From NCBI GenBank assembly GCA_036340075.1, contig JAYYZJ010000012.1:32001-96000 (forward strand): DNA of 64,000 nucleotides, given 5' to 3'. The notes beneath the pieces are model-generated. The model saw only the letters and a list, made by a program, of their open reading frames with translations, did not search any database and was not told the origin of the DNA. Below are positions 1 to 10,648 of the stretch, piece by piece. The number at the start of each line of letters is the position of its first letter. Position 1 is the first letter of the stretch. The translations under genes and the position numbers were made by a program. The DNA comes from Thermodesulfobacteriota bacterium (lineage in GTDB: Bacteria > Desulfobacterota_D > UBA1144).

Positions 1-160
1 TATGTATTAAGCAACCCAATTTTTTCATTTTATTTATGGTAGGGCTTCTTGAAATATCTGATCCACTAATTATCTTCTTCTTCTTCAATAGGAATTGTGC
101 TAAAGAGCTCATTCCAACTCCTCCAATACCAACAAAATGAACTCTTTTTATTGTTTTCAA
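1..160 (-). CDS. murC: UDP-N-acetylmuramate--L-alanine ligase, 5' part (runs off window start)
   Basis: Manual translation MKTIKRVHFVGIGGVGMSSLAQFL...SGSD matches the MurC N-terminal motif. TTG start overlaps the murG stop, with AGGAG upstream. Expected dcw position. Confidence 0.93.
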   Translation of the reverse strand, partial: MKTIKRVHFVGIGGVGMSSLAQFLLKKKKIISGSDISRSPTINKMKKLGCLIH

Positions 161-1260
161 GCGATCTCCTTTAATATCGTATTACATATCGTGTTCACAG
201 AAGAAGTCTTTTGATTTGATTCTTCCTTGGATTTTTTATAAACAAAACTTATTTCTTCATGAAAAAGAAGATTGATTACCTTGTTACACAAAATAGAATT
301 TTCTTCATCTTCTAAGTGAATCATTGCAAGCTTTTTATTGGAAAGCTCAACCGCATTTAAATATTGATGATTGTTCGTAGATGTCTTTATAGGAACAAGA
401 ATAGGCAGGATAGGAAATTGACTAACTTCACTTGTAGTGCTTGCTCCAGCCCTTGAGATTAGTATTTTGCTAGAAGAATAATATTCTTCTAGATTGTGGA
501 TAAATTCGAAAGTTTCGAATTCGAAAAATTTATATTGATCCCTAAGTTTTTGATAATAATTTTTTACTCTTATATTGTCGCTAATTCCTGTCTGATGGAC
601 TAAGGAAATTTTTTGGCCATTCTCAATAAATCTTTCTTTAACCTTTTCTAACATATTTTGAATTGCTAAAAGAACCTTCGAATTTAATACTTCTGATCCT
701 TGACTGCCTCCTAGAATTAGAATGTCAATTTTATTTTTTTCACTTTTCTTAGGAAAGAACTCTCTTACGGGGTACCCTGAAGTTATGCACTTATTCTTGG
801 GAAAGTATTTTTTCGTCTCATCGAAGTTAATAAAAATCTTTTTAGAAAACTTACCAATTAATTTATTTGATAAACCAGGTACTGAATTCCCTTCTATTAT
901 AAATATCTTCACACCTTTTAAATATCCACAAATAGACACTGGGAGAGATACGAATCCTCCAGTACCTATTATTACATCGGGCTTGAATTGATTTATAATT
1001 TTATTTGATTGGATTATAGATAGAAGCAATGCGAAGATTGCTTTAATCTTTCCGAGGAAAGTTTTGCCTTTGAAACCCAACGAATCAATTTCAAATAATT
1101 TTTCTGTTGAATATTTGTCTAGCAGGTCAACTTTTATTTTTTTTGTATTTACAAAAGAAACCAATATTTTATTGTCTAATTTTTTTAAATTTTTTGCTAT
1201 TGCTACCCCAGGAAAAATATGACCACCTGTTGCACCAAGAGTTATAAGTATCTTCTTCAT
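157..1260 (-). CDS. murG: Lipid II GlcNAc transferase MurG
   Basis: TGGHIFP, GTGGFVS, GGSQG and SRAGAST motifs; dcw context. Confidence 0.96.
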   Translation of the reverse strand: MKKILITLGATGGHIFPGVAIAKNLKKLDNKILVSFVNTKKIKVDLLDKYSTEKLFEIDSLGFKGKTFLGKIKAIFALLLSIIQSNKIINQFKPDVIIGTGGFVSLPVSICGYLKGVKIFIIEGNSVPGLSNKLIGKFSKKIFINFDETKKYFPKNKCITSGYPVREFFPKKSEKNKIDILILGGSQGSEVLNSKVLLAIQNMLEKVKERFIENGQKISLVHQTGISDNIRVKNYYQKLRDQYKFFEFETFEFIHNLEEYYSSSKILISRAGASTTSEVSQFPILPILVPIKTSTNNHQYLNAVELSNKKLAMIHLEDEENSILCNKVINLLFHEEISFVYKKSKEESNQKTSSVNTICNTILKEIA

Positions 1261-2363
1261 TTCCTTTTCTTATCTAAAGCTAGAATCAATCCCATCGCAA
1301 CCAATGTAAAAACTAGTGAGCTTCCTCCATAGCTTATAAATGGTAATGGCATACCCTTTGTAGGAAGAAGTCCTACCGTAACAGAAATATTAATTATTAT
1401 TTGTAATGAAGTAATAATTATTATCCCAGCCATTAAATTTCTTACAAAAAGATTTTTTGCTCTATCAATCATCTTGAATCCACTATAAATTAAACATACA
1501 AACAGAGAAATAAAAACACTACTCCCAACAATGCCTAATTCCTCTGCAATTATAGAGAATATGAAATCGTTATGTTGATGAGGTAAGAAGAATAATTTTT
1601 GAGTACTATTTCCCAATCCAACTCCAAACCAATTTCCTTTTGCCAATGCTATGTAAGATTGAATTATTTGCCATCCTGCACCCTCTGGATCACCATAGGG
1701 GTCCAGAAATGATAATAGTCGCTTCATTCTATAAGGTGCGACCCATATTAAACTTACAAATGAAGCAGAAAGTAGAAGAAATATTGAGACAATATGAGAA
1801 AATCTTGCCCCAGATACGATAATCATGGTGAAAACAGTAGTTCCGAGGAGTACCAGATTCCCAAAATCAGGTTGAAGACTTAAGAGCACAGCATAAGGAA
1901 AAAAAGGCAAAATAGAAGATACAACTCCAATTTTGAACTCCCTTATTCTCATGCCCTTCTTAGCTAAATGTTGTGCCATAAAAATTAGCAACATGTACTT
2001 CGTTATTTCTATTGGTTGGAAAGAGAAAGAAATTAAATTGATCCATCTTGTTCCACCACCAGCCGTTTTTCCTAATATAGGAACAAACACAAAAACAAGC
2101 ATTATAATTCCGAGAAAATAAAATAGCCTATATTTTTTTTCTAGTATGTCTGTATCAATCTTGGAACAAACAAAAAACAGGATTAAACCTATTACTAAGA
2201 AAATGGATTGTTTCTTTAGAAAAAATAAATAGTCACCATGGTGCTCCATTCCACTAACAGAGCTTGAGCTAAACACCATAAGCAACCCCAGAATAGATAG
2301 GACCAGGATTGATAAAATAAAAAGTTTCCTAGGTTCCACGATGTTAATATAATTTTTTAACAT
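1257..2363 (-). CDS. ftsW: SEDS peptidoglycan polymerase FtsW
   Basis: Multi-TM protein with RWI, FQPIE, QPDFG, HNDFIFS and LPFISYGGSS. Start moved to ATG 2363 because the longer ORF overlaps murD extensively. Confidence 0.95.
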   Translation of the reverse strand: MLKNYINIVEPRKLFILSILVLSILGLLMVFSSSSVSGMEHHGDYLFFLKKQSIFLVIGLILFFVCSKIDTDILEKKYRLFYFLGIIMLVFVFVPILGKTAGGGTRWINLISFSFQPIEITKYMLLIFMAQHLAKKGMRIREFKIGVVSSILPFFPYAVLLSLQPDFGNLVLLGTTVFTMIIVSGARFSHIVSIFLLLSASFVSLIWVAPYRMKRLLSFLDPYGDPEGAGWQIIQSYIALAKGNWFGVGLGNSTQKLFFLPHQHNDFIFSIIAEELGIVGSSVFISLFVCLIYSGFKMIDRAKNLFVRNLMAGIIIITSLQIIINISVTVGLLPTKGMPLPFISYGGSSLVFTLVAMGLILALDKKRK

Positions 2364-3606
2364 ACTCTTTAAATTTATCTCCTCTTTCAGAATATGATTT
2401 AAATTGATCAAAGCTTGATGTGCCTGGACTAAACAACAAAGTTCCACCCTTGGCTGAACTCTTCAATCCCTGTAGGACAGCATCGAATAAATCTGCTGCT
2501 ATTATTTTCACCTTCGTATCAAAAGTTTTTGCAAGCTCAAATTTATTCTCTCCGAAAAGTATCAATGTATTAATTTTTGTTTTCACACTGTTCCTTATTA
2601 GTGAGTAATCTAATTTCTTATCTTTCCCTCCCATTATTAACACAGATTTTCCATCTAAGCTATTAATTGCAACTTGTGTTGCTTCAGGAGAGGTGGACTT
2701 TGAATCATTAATTATAATCCCTCTTCTATTCTTCTTTACTATTTCGAGTCTATGATTCAAAGGTTTGAATTTTTTTAATATATTTAGTTCTTTAGCGCCA
2801 AGTTCTTTTAAAATAGAGCAGATAGTAATAGCGAAAGCTATATTTGTTAAATTGTGCTTACCTATAAGTTGAATATCTTTTATATCTAACCTATATTTTT
2901 TCCCGACCAATAGCCCATTTTTGAGTATTTTTAAATTCTCGTTTCTTGTTGGATTACAAAAAATAGGAAAATTATTTTTTGTTATATTTCTATATATGTC
3001 CTTAGAGCAAACGGCAAAACAATCTTTGTCTTGATTGTTAAAGATTTTCATTTTTGACCCTACATACTCTTTCATGTTTGCGTGATGATCTAAATGATTC
3101 TCTGATATATTTAGAAATGCTGATATTAAAGGCTTAAAAGATGATTGTATAAATTGGAGCTGAAAACTACTTACTTCGACTAAAATTAAATCCTTATTTT
3201 GTTTTTCAAGCAAATAGCTTATTAAGGGTTTGCCAATATTTCCACCCAAAAATACCTTGTACCCTAAGCTTTTTAGTAATTCATACGTTAGCATTGTTGT
3301 AGTTGTCTTTCCATTTGTTCCAGTAATAGCAACTATAGGGGTTTTAATATACCTAGAAGCAAATTCTATTTCACTCAGTATCTTTTTTCCCGATTTGATT
3401 GCCAATTTAATATTTTTGTTTCTTAATCCTATACCTGGGCTTACTATTATTTCTTCACAATTTTTTAACAAATCTTTAAATTCATATTTTGTTTTCGACA
3501 CACTATTATCATCGAAAGTTATATAGGAAATTCTCTTTTTTCTACAGAATTTTCTTAACTCAACACCAGTCACTCCCATCCCATAAATAAGCACTTTCTT
3601 TTTCAT
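2344..3606 (-). CDS. murD: UDP-MurNAc-L-Ala--D-glutamate ligase
   Basis: VSPG, ITGTNGKTTT, GGNIG, EVSSFQL, NDSKST, GGKDK and SFDQF motifs. Confidence 0.96.
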   Translation of the reverse strand: MKKKVLIYGMGVTGVELRKFCRKKRISYITFDDNSVSKTKYEFKDLLKNCEEIIVSPGIGLRNKNIKLAIKSGKKILSEIEFASRYIKTPIVAITGTNGKTTTTMLTYELLKSLGYKVFLGGNIGKPLISYLLEKQNKDLILVEVSSFQLQFIQSSFKPLISAFLNISENHLDHHANMKEYVGSKMKIFNNQDKDCFAVCSKDIYRNITKNNFPIFCNPTRNENLKILKNGLLVGKKYRLDIKDIQLIGKHNLTNIAFAITICSILKELGAKELNILKKFKPLNHRLEIVKKNRRGIIINDSKSTSPEATQVAINSLDGKSVLIMGGKDKKLDYSLIRNSVKTKINTLILFGENKFELAKTFDTKVKIIAADLFDAVLQGLKSSAKGGTLLFSPGTSSFDQFKSYSERGDKFKEYVKKLY

Positions 3607-3607
3607 T

Positions 3608-4708
3608 TTATCTAATTTTTAAAGTAGCGATTGCAAACAAAGCCAAGAGAATTGATATAATCCAAAATCTTATTACAATTTTTGATTCTACTACACCTTT
3701 CTTTTCAAAATGATGGTGAATTGGTGCAATTAAAAAAAATCTTTTTCCAAAGAATCTAAAAGAAATTATTTGGATAATCACTGACAATGCTTCTATTACA
3801 AATACTCCTCCTAATATTAATAAAAGTATTTCTTGTTTAATTAAGATAGAAACAATACCAATACTAGCCCCTAAAGGTATAGACCCAACATCTCCCATAA
3901 ATATTTGAGCAGGGTTAGAGTTGAACCACAAGAAAGCAAGCATGGCACCTAAGATTGCCGAGAGAAAGATTGTTATTTCAGCTACACCTCCAACAAATGG
4001 AACATATAGGTATCCTGCATAAAGAGGGCTCCCAACTATGTAAGCAATAACAATTAGTGCGGAAACGGTTGATATAATTGAACCTGTAGCTAAACCATCT
4101 AAGCCATCTGTTATATTGACAGCGTTTGCAGATCCAATAATTACCAAAAAACAAAAGATAAAATAAATGAGTCCCAAATCTAAAACAGCTTTAGTAAATG
4201 GAAATGAGATTGTAGTTAATCCCTGGCTAAAGAAAATGTTTGATTGATACAAAACAATAACCAAGATGATTGTCAATAGAATTTGGAGGAATAGTTTTTT
4301 AAATAATGGAAGACCACTACCATTTTTGAGTTTTATATAATCGTCAAAGAAACCTGATAATGCAAAAACTATATAAGTGATTAAGCATATCAAAAAAGGA
4401 TAAATAGGATAATCAGATAAAGATTTATAGAATTTACCGCATACAAGACACGAAAGAATAACCGCAATTGCAATTATAATCCCCCCCATATTAGGCGTAC
4501 CACTTTTTTGCTTATGAGTGGTTTCAAGAAATTGACTAATATTTTCTGTAACTTTATTTACGGTAAAAATTTTTATAAATCTTGGGGTTAGAAACATTAC
4601 AGTTAAAAATGAGATTGAACCAGCAAGAAATGACCTAAAAGTTATATATTGAAAAATATTTAGAAAAGTATATGAATCTACAAAATTCAGATATAGGTAA
4701 TAAAGCAT
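3608..4708 (-). CDS. mraY: Phospho-MurNAc-pentapeptide transferase
   Basis: GTPNMGG, DDYIK, NAVNITDGLDGL, FMGDVGS and APIHHHFE motifs. Confidence 0.97.
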   Translation of the reverse strand: MLYYLYLNFVDSYTFLNIFQYITFRSFLAGSISFLTVMFLTPRFIKIFTVNKVTENISQFLETTHKQKSGTPNMGGIIIAIAVILSCLVCGKFYKSLSDYPIYPFLICLITYIVFALSGFFDDYIKLKNGSGLPLFKKLFLQILLTIILVIVLYQSNIFFSQGLTTISFPFTKAVLDLGLIYFIFCFLVIIGSANAVNITDGLDGLATGSIISTVSALIVIAYIVGSPLYAGYLYVPFVGGVAEITIFLSAILGAMLAFLWFNSNPAQIFMGDVGSIPLGASIGIVSILIKQEILLLILGGVFVIEALSVIIQIISFRFFGKRFFLIAPIHHHFEKKGVVESKIVIRFWIISILLALFAIATLKIR

Positions 4709-6082
4709 TTAAATTTTTAGAGAATCGAAAATTTTTTCCATTCTCATTCCTCTCGATCCTTTTACTAGGATAACAGTATTAGTAATAGAATCTAAATCGA
4801 TAAAATCTATAATTTGTGAATGCTCTACAATTTTAATAAAACGTGTAGTTTCTTTTAAATTTATGGAATAGTTTTCAGAGTTATCTCCATATGCGTATAG
4901 CTCCTTAAAGCCGTTATCTGAAATTTCTTTACCTATTTTAATATGCTCATCTTCTGCTAAATCTCCCAGTTCAAGCATATCCCCCAATATGGCAATCTTC
5001 TCCTTTGTTGAAAAAATTTTACTTGTCATTTCAATCGCAGATTGCATTGAATTTGGATTAGCATTGTAAGTATCATTAATTATGACGTTTCCGTTTTTCA
5101 ATTTGATTATTTTAAATCTGTTATCTATACCGGCGAATTCTTCAATACCATTTTTGATTTGTTCTAATTCTAATCCAGCCATAATGCTTAATGACGCTGA
5201 ACATAAACAATTATAAATATTATGAACCCCGGGAGCCATCAAATTTATTTTTATATTTTTTTTGTTATAACATAAGTCAAACTCAGAATAATTAGTCGAA
5301 ATATTATTAGCACTTACATCAGCTTTATTCTTAATTCCAAAACTAATCTTCTTACATTCAATTTCTAAGAAATAATCTTTTAAGAATCGATTATCAAAAT
5401 TAAATGAGAAAATAGAATCGGAGTTAAAGAAACAAGCGATATCTTTTTTCTCATGAAAAACTGTTTTTTCATTTTTCAATTTCTCTGTATGCCCTTTTCC
5501 GATATTTGTAATAGTTGCAAACTGTGGTCTAGCTATATTAGCCAGTCTTCTTATTTCTCCTTCTGAGTTGGTGCCCATTTCTAAAACTAGGGCTTCATGA
5601 TTATTCGTTAAATTCATAATAGTCAATGGCAAACCAATTAAATTGTTAAAATTCCCTTTTGTTGATAAAATTTTAAATTTTTTTGAAAGAATAGAACTTA
5701 ATAGTTCTTTTGTAGTTGTCTTTCCATTAGTTCCCGTTATTCCAAAAATTTTAATATTTTTATTTTTGGTAATTAGAAATGATGCAAGATTTTCTAGAAA
5801 TTTCGTCGTCGAATCTACCAAGATTCCGCCTTTATCGATATTTTTGTCTTCTGTTATAAAAAATTTACATCCTTTTGCTATTGCTTCATTAGCAAACTTG
5901 TTTCCGTCAAAACTATCACCCTTTAGGGCTAAGAACACATCATCTTTTTTTATTGTTCTACTATCTGTAGATATTGTATTGAAGTCTGATAAATTTACTT
6001 TAGGATCTACTTTCAGTACACCTTTGTATGATTTTACAAAATCTTTAAAGTGTAAATTTAATATTTTATTTCTTTCAGACAT
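4709..6082 (-). CDS. murF: UDP-MurNAc-tripeptide--D-Ala-D-Ala ligase
   Basis: TDSR, GTNGKTTTKE, NFNNLIGLP, EMG, NDTYNANP, GDMLELG and KGSRG motifs. Confidence 0.96.
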   Translation of the reverse strand: MSERNKILNLHFKDFVKSYKGVLKVDPKVNLSDFNTISTDSRTIKKDDVFLALKGDSFDGNKFANEAIAKGCKFFITEDKNIDKGGILVDSTTKFLENLASFLITKNKNIKIFGITGTNGKTTTKELLSSILSKKFKILSTKGNFNNLIGLPLTIMNLTNNHEALVLEMGTNSEGEIRRLANIARPQFATITNIGKGHTEKLKNEKTVFHEKKDIACFFNSDSIFSFNFDNRFLKDYFLEIECKKISFGIKNKADVSANNISTNYSEFDLCYNKKNIKINLMAPGVHNIYNCLCSASLSIMAGLELEQIKNGIEEFAGIDNRFKIIKLKNGNVIINDTYNANPNSMQSAIEMTSKIFSTKEKIAILGDMLELGDLAEDEHIKIGKEISDNGFKELYAYGDNSENYSINLKETTRFIKIVEHSQIIDFIDLDSITNTVILVKGSRGMRMEKIFDSLKI

Positions 6083-7512
6083 TTTTTTACTTCTTTATAA
6101 TCAGAAAATTTATTTTTTTTGCCATTAATTTCTTGGTAATCCTCATGCCCCTTTCCCGCAATCAATAATACTTCATTTTTTTTAATATTCTGAATTGACC
6201 ACATAATTGCTTCTTTTCGATCAGTGATAATTTTTTTAGGTTTTTCAATACCTTTAATAATATCTTTAATTATACTTACGGGGTCTTCAAATCTAGGATT
6301 ATCCGATGTTATTATTATCTTGTCGGCGAATTTTTCTGCTATGCTACCCATCTTAGCCCTCTTTCCGGTATCTCTATTACCTCCGCAACCAAACAAAACA
6401 GTTATTTTTTTATTTCGAAAATTATCCCTTAAAGATGATATAGATTTTTTTAATGCATCAGGCGTATGCGCATAATCGATAAAAATTTTTAAATCCGTAT
6501 TCTTAATCTTTTCTAATCTCCCTGGTGCACCTTTAAATCTTCTTACCCTTTTCTTTAATTCTCCCGAATCAAGCCCTTTTGTTATTGAATAGGAACAAGA
6601 GGCAAGTATGTTTTCAAAATTATATTTTCCAAACAATTCTGTTTTTATAGAAAATTCTTTGTCTCTGGATTTAATAATTAAATTATTAACATCTTTTTCT
6701 TTTGTAATTTTACTTATATAAAAATCCGCATCCTTGTTTTTGAGAGAATAAGTTATAGTTGAAATTTGCTTAGGTATCAATGTTAATAATTTTTTCCCCC
6801 ATTTATTATCTAAATTAATGATGGCGAATTTATTAGCCTTCTTACTTTCTCTTAGATTTTCTATAAATAGTTTAGCTTTTGTTTGGAAGTAATCAGTCAT
6901 ATTTTTATGGAAATCTAAATGATCCCTACTTAAATTTGTAAATATACAAGAGTCAAAATTTGTATAATTTACTCTACACATATCTAATGAATGAGAAGAC
7001 ACTTCCATAAAGACTTTCTTCATTCTACTTTTTTTCATGTCTTTTAAAATTTTATTTAACTCGTAGGAGTCAGGGGTAGTTAAAGAGGATGGTAGGACTT
7101 TTTTAGAATAACTAGTCTCTATTGTCCCTATTAGTCCAGATTTCTCACCCCATATTATTCTTAATAAATGAGCAATTGATGTTTTACCGTTGGTTCCTGT
7201 TATACCGCAAATCTCAAGATTAGATGAAGGCCTAGAGAAATATTCAGAACATGAATGTGCATAAGAGTCTCTACAATCATCAACTATCAAAATTCTTACA
7301 GATTTATTATATATTTTTGCAACATTTTTTTTGTCTGTAACAATTGCTTTAGCGCCTTTTTTTATTGCATCTTTAATATATTGATTTCCATCTGTTTTGG
7401 TCCCTGATATTGCAAAAAAAACACCACCATTTCGAACTAGTTTTGAATTGTTAGTTATGTTTTTAAACTTCTTTATTTTGTTAAATACTTTATTTGTATT
7501 TTTTTTTTGCAT
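6058..7512 (-). CDS. murE: UDP-MurNAc-dipeptide--meso-DAP ligase
   Basis: GTNGKTS, LTTP, MEVSSH, DYAHTPD, DNPR (meso-DAP specificity motif) and AGKGHE. Confidence 0.96.
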   Translation of the reverse strand: MQKKNTNKVFNKIKKFKNITNNSKLVRNGGVFFAISGTKTDGNQYIKDAIKKGAKAIVTDKKNVAKIYNKSVRILIVDDCRDSYAHSCSEYFSRPSSNLEICGITGTNGKTSIAHLLRIIWGEKSGLIGTIETSYSKKVLPSSLTTPDSYELNKILKDMKKSRMKKVFMEVSSHSLDMCRVNYTNFDSCIFTNLSRDHLDFHKNMTDYFQTKAKLFIENLRESKKANKFAIINLDNKWGKKLLTLIPKQISTITYSLKNKDADFYISKITKEKDVNNLIIKSRDKEFSIKTELFGKYNFENILASCSYSITKGLDSGELKKRVRRFKGAPGRLEKIKNTDLKIFIDYAHTPDALKKSISSLRDNFRNKKITVLFGCGGNRDTGKRAKMGSIAEKFADKIIITSDNPRFEDPVSIIKDIIKGIEKPKKIITDRKEAIMWSIQNIKKNEVLLIAGKGHEDYQEINGKKNKFSDYKEVKKCLKEIKY

Positions 7513-7516
7513 ATAC

Positions 7517-9421
7517 TCAGAAGCCCGGCTCTAGGAATAGAATAATCTCTTCATTGAATTTATATTTTTCTCCAGGTGAAGGATTTTGACTTTGCACAAA
7601 CCCCGACCCTTGGATTTTAATTTTAACATTGTTGTGATTAGCAATCATTATTGCTTCTCTTTTACCACGACCAATAAATGATGGGACCTGATTACTTACA
7701 GCCATTTTCTCAACACCTTCTACGTTAGTGAGAATCTTTTCTATAGCTTCTTTAAAAATTGGTGCTGCCCATACTCCACCCCAAGGACCTAAATTAGGAC
7801 CCTGTCTTTTTGGCTCATCAATTGTAATAACTGAAACCAGCATTGGATCTTCTGATGGGGCAAAACCAATTATTGATACAATATGTTTACTTTTTTCTTT
7901 ATCGTATCCACCTCTTGTTGCCTTCTCAGCGGTTCCAGTTTTTCCAGATACATTAATCCCTTTTATTAGGGCTCTAGGTGTTGACTCTTCCAAACTTCTC
8001 CTAAGAATTCTTCTCATTTTTTTTGCAGTTTCATACTTGAGGACTCTCCTGATTACATTAGCTTTTTTAAGCATTTTAATTTTTCCATCCGAACTCTCGA
8101 TTGATTTCACTATGTAGGGTTCTACTAATTCCCCACCATTTGCTATTACGGATATAGCTTGTGCAAGCTGAATAGAGGTTACAGATATTCCTTGCCCAAA
8201 AGCTATATTGGCTCTTTGGATTTCACTCCATTTATCAGCAGGAACCAATATTCCAGCTTCTTCCCCAGGTAAATCTATTCTTGTTTTGTCACCAAATCCT
8301 AACTCTTTAAGTTTTTTATAGTACTCTTTTTTTGGTATTCGCTCCATAATTCTTGATGCGCCAATATTGCTAGAGTATCTAAGGATTCCAGCGATATTTA
8401 AATTCTTTTTTGGATTAACATCTCTTATTGTATGCCTGCCAATAACTCTGACTCCGTCTCCCACATTGAACGTTTCATCTTCTTTTATTTTATTCTCATT
8501 AAAAGCTATGGCTACCAAGAGACTTTTCATAACTGAACCGGGCTCAAAATTATTTACTATCGGAAGATTTCTTTTTTGTTCATTTGTGTATTGACGAAAT
8601 TTGTTTGGATCAAAAAATGGGTAAGAAGCCATAGCATAAATTTCACCAGTCCTTGGGTTCATTATTATTCCAAAACCTTGTATGGCTTTTGATGCTTTTA
8701 CTTGTTTTTCTATTTCTTTTTCTAAAATTAATTGATGATTGCTTCTTAAGGTAAGAATTAAATTATTCCCCTTTCTTCGTTCTTTGGTCTCCTCGGTATT
8801 TACTTTAATTTCTTTGTTTCTGGCATCCATATATACAGAAATCTTTTTCTGTTCACCTCTTAACTCTTTGTCATATTTGTATTCAAGGCCAGCCTGACCT
8901 CGGTCGCTATAAAGCTCTAAGTGCCCAATTACTTGACCTGCCAAAGAATTCTCAGGATAAATTCTTATTGGTTCTTGAGTGATAAAAATATATTTTAAAT
9001 TTTTCTTTGCCACCTTCTTGCCTTGCTCTGGTGTTGCAAGTCTTTTTATATAAACGAATCTTTTATTTGTATTAATCTTTTTATAAACTTCTTCCTGAGA
9101 CATATCTAATACTTCAGAAAGTATTCTTGCATAATCAATTTTGTTAGTGATTTTTTTTGGGTCCGCAATAATAGATGGCCTCATTTCACTTACAGCCAAT
9201 TTTACCCCATTCGCATCTCTAATCTCTCCCCTTTCCCCATTGAGTATAATCGGGTTTTTTTTGTACCCTTGATAATCCATTGCTTTGTGATCAATTAGTT
9301 GAATATGAAATACTTTTAAGAAAACTATTAATAAACAAAAATATATACAAAGCTTAATAAAACTTAATCTCTTTTTGAAATTAGTTTCATTTTTTTTCAT
9401 CTTTTTTATAAGCTTATTCAT
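7517..9421 (-). CDS. ftsI: Division transpeptidase PBP3 with C-terminal PASTA-like domain
   Basis: N-terminal TM; SxxK (PGSVMK), SxN (SSN) and KTG motifs; C-terminal VPSFIG...QSQNPSPG. Confidence 0.93.
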   Translation of the reverse strand: MNKLIKKMKKNETNFKKRLSFIKLCIYFCLLIVFLKVFHIQLIDHKAMDYQGYKKNPIILNGERGEIRDANGVKLAVSEMRPSIIADPKKITNKIDYARILSEVLDMSQEEVYKKINTNKRFVYIKRLATPEQGKKVAKKNLKYIFITQEPIRIYPENSLAGQVIGHLELYSDRGQAGLEYKYDKELRGEQKKISVYMDARNKEIKVNTEETKERRKGNNLILTLRSNHQLILEKEIEKQVKASKAIQGFGIIMNPRTGEIYAMASYPFFDPNKFRQYTNEQKRNLPIVNNFEPGSVMKSLLVAIAFNENKIKEDETFNVGDGVRVIGRHTIRDVNPKKNLNIAGILRYSSNIGASRIMERIPKKEYYKKLKELGFGDKTRIDLPGEEAGILVPADKWSEIQRANIAFGQGISVTSIQLAQAISVIANGGELVEPYIVKSIESSDGKIKMLKKANVIRRVLKYETAKKMRRILRRSLEESTPRALIKGINVSGKTGTAEKATRGGYDKEKSKHIVSIIGFAPSEDPMLVSVITIDEPKRQGPNLGPWGGVWAAPIFKEAIEKILTNVEGVEKMAVSNQVPSFIGRGKREAIMIANHNNVKIKIQGSGFVQSQNPSPGEKYKFNEEIILFLEPGF

Positions 9422-9734
9422 TGTTTATTTTTATCAAGTCCTGTTGGTTTGGATATTTCATACCATTTAAAAATGCTATTTCTTGAATCCTATTCAAAGA
9501 TTGTAATTTTAATTTTTCGTTCCTTAATCTTTTATTCGTAATACTTAGCTTTGTTAGTTTTCCTTCTGTTCTGGCTATTTCATATCCTATCTGTCTTTTC
9601 TGGGCTTTTATTCCAACCAAAACAAATAATAAGCTAGTGCAGACTAATACAAAAATGACTCCAGGTGCAATTATTTTGACTTTGTTTACAATCTTTGACT
9701 TAGGTCTAATCAATTTAATCGAATCAAAGTCCAT
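9414..9734 (-). CDS. ftsL: Cell division protein FtsL
   Basis: Single TM plus coiled coil ending RIQEIA..GM.YP. Lies between rsmH and ftsI. GGAGG 7 nt before ATG 9734. Confidence 0.85.
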   Translation of the reverse strand: MDFDSIKLIRPKSKIVNKVKIIAPGVIFVLVCTSLLFVLVGIKAQKRQIGYEIARTEGKLTKLSITNKRLRNEKLKLQSLNRIQEIAFLNGMKYPNQQDLIKINNE

Positions 9735-10648
9735 CAACAAGCCTCCCCAATCCTCATCTTCGCACTTCTGGCCTTCTTGTTCATGCCCACTTCTTCTTCA
9801 GAAGGAATTAAAGGCTTCTTTGTTAGTCTTCGGAAAGTCTTTTTTTTGCCACAATTGCATATCATTACAGATTTTGGACATATACATTCTGATTCAGCCT
9901 GCTTAAAGAATTGTTTAACTATTCTATCTTCTAAAGAATGAAACGTAATTATAATGAGCCTCCCCCCTTTCTTTAGAATTGATCGAGATTTACTTAAGAA
10001 ACTGCTTAAGGAAATTAGCTCACCATTAACTTCTATTCTGAGGGCTTGAAATGTTCGTGTAGCTGAATCTATCTTTGTTATTGATTTGTTAGATTGGCGA
10101 ATTATTTCAGCTAGTTCAAAACAAGTTTTAATTTCTTTTTTGCTCCTATGTCTTACTATTGCAGACGCAATCTTAAAATGATTCTTTTCTTCACCGAAAT
10201 TTTTAATCAAATCTGATAAATCTTTAATATTGTAATTGTTTACAATTCTATGAGCAGTAAGTTGTTGTTTCTTGTCAATCCGCATATCTAACAAAGATTT
10301 TTCATCAAAACTAAATCCACGAGATGCGCTAAGGAGCTGGTAGGTCGATATACCTAAATCCGCAATAATTCCATCAACTTTTTCGTTAACTAAATTATCT
10401 ATGTCTTTGAAATTACCTTGGATATAAGTGATATTTTTGGAATGGTCTGATAAATTTTCTTTTGCCATACTTAATGATTCTTCGTCAAGATCAATACAGA
10501 ACATTTTTTTTGGTTTTATATCTGATTCCATTATTGCATGAGTATGTCCTCCCATACCCAACGTGGCATCAATATATACAGCATTCTTTTTTTTCTCTAA
10601 ATTCTTGATAATTTCGTGCTTCATGACTGGTTCATGATAGCTAGACAT
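9734..10648 (-). CDS. rsmH: 16S rRNA m4C1402 methyltransferase
   Basis: HEPVM, DATLGMGGH, DLGIS, LDMR, FQALRIEVN, FHSLEDR and ARSAK. Start set at MSSYH. Confidence 0.96.
   Translation of the reverse strand: MSSYHEPVMKHEIIKNLEKKKNAVYIDATLGMGGHTHAIMESDIKPKKMFCIDLDEESLSMAKENLSDHSKNITYIQGNFKDIDNLVNEKVDGIIADLGISTYQLLSASRGFSFDEKSLLDMRIDKKQQLTAHRIVNNYNIKDLSDLIKNFGEEKNHFKIASAIVRHRSKKEIKTCFELAEIIRQSNKSITKIDSATRTFQALRIEVNGELISLSSFLSKSRSILKKGGRLIIITFHSLEDRIVKQFFKQAESECICPKSVMICNCGKKKTFRRLTKKPLIPSEEEVGMNKKARSAKMRIGEAC

Noticed and set aside
5643..6128. 161-aa plus-strand ORF and the many similar antisense ORFs (e.g. 7728-8117, 14892-15218, 50682-51035)
   Set aside because: They lie opposite well-conserved genes and have the Ile/Phe/Ser/Leu-rich composition typical of antisense frames in AT-rich DNA.
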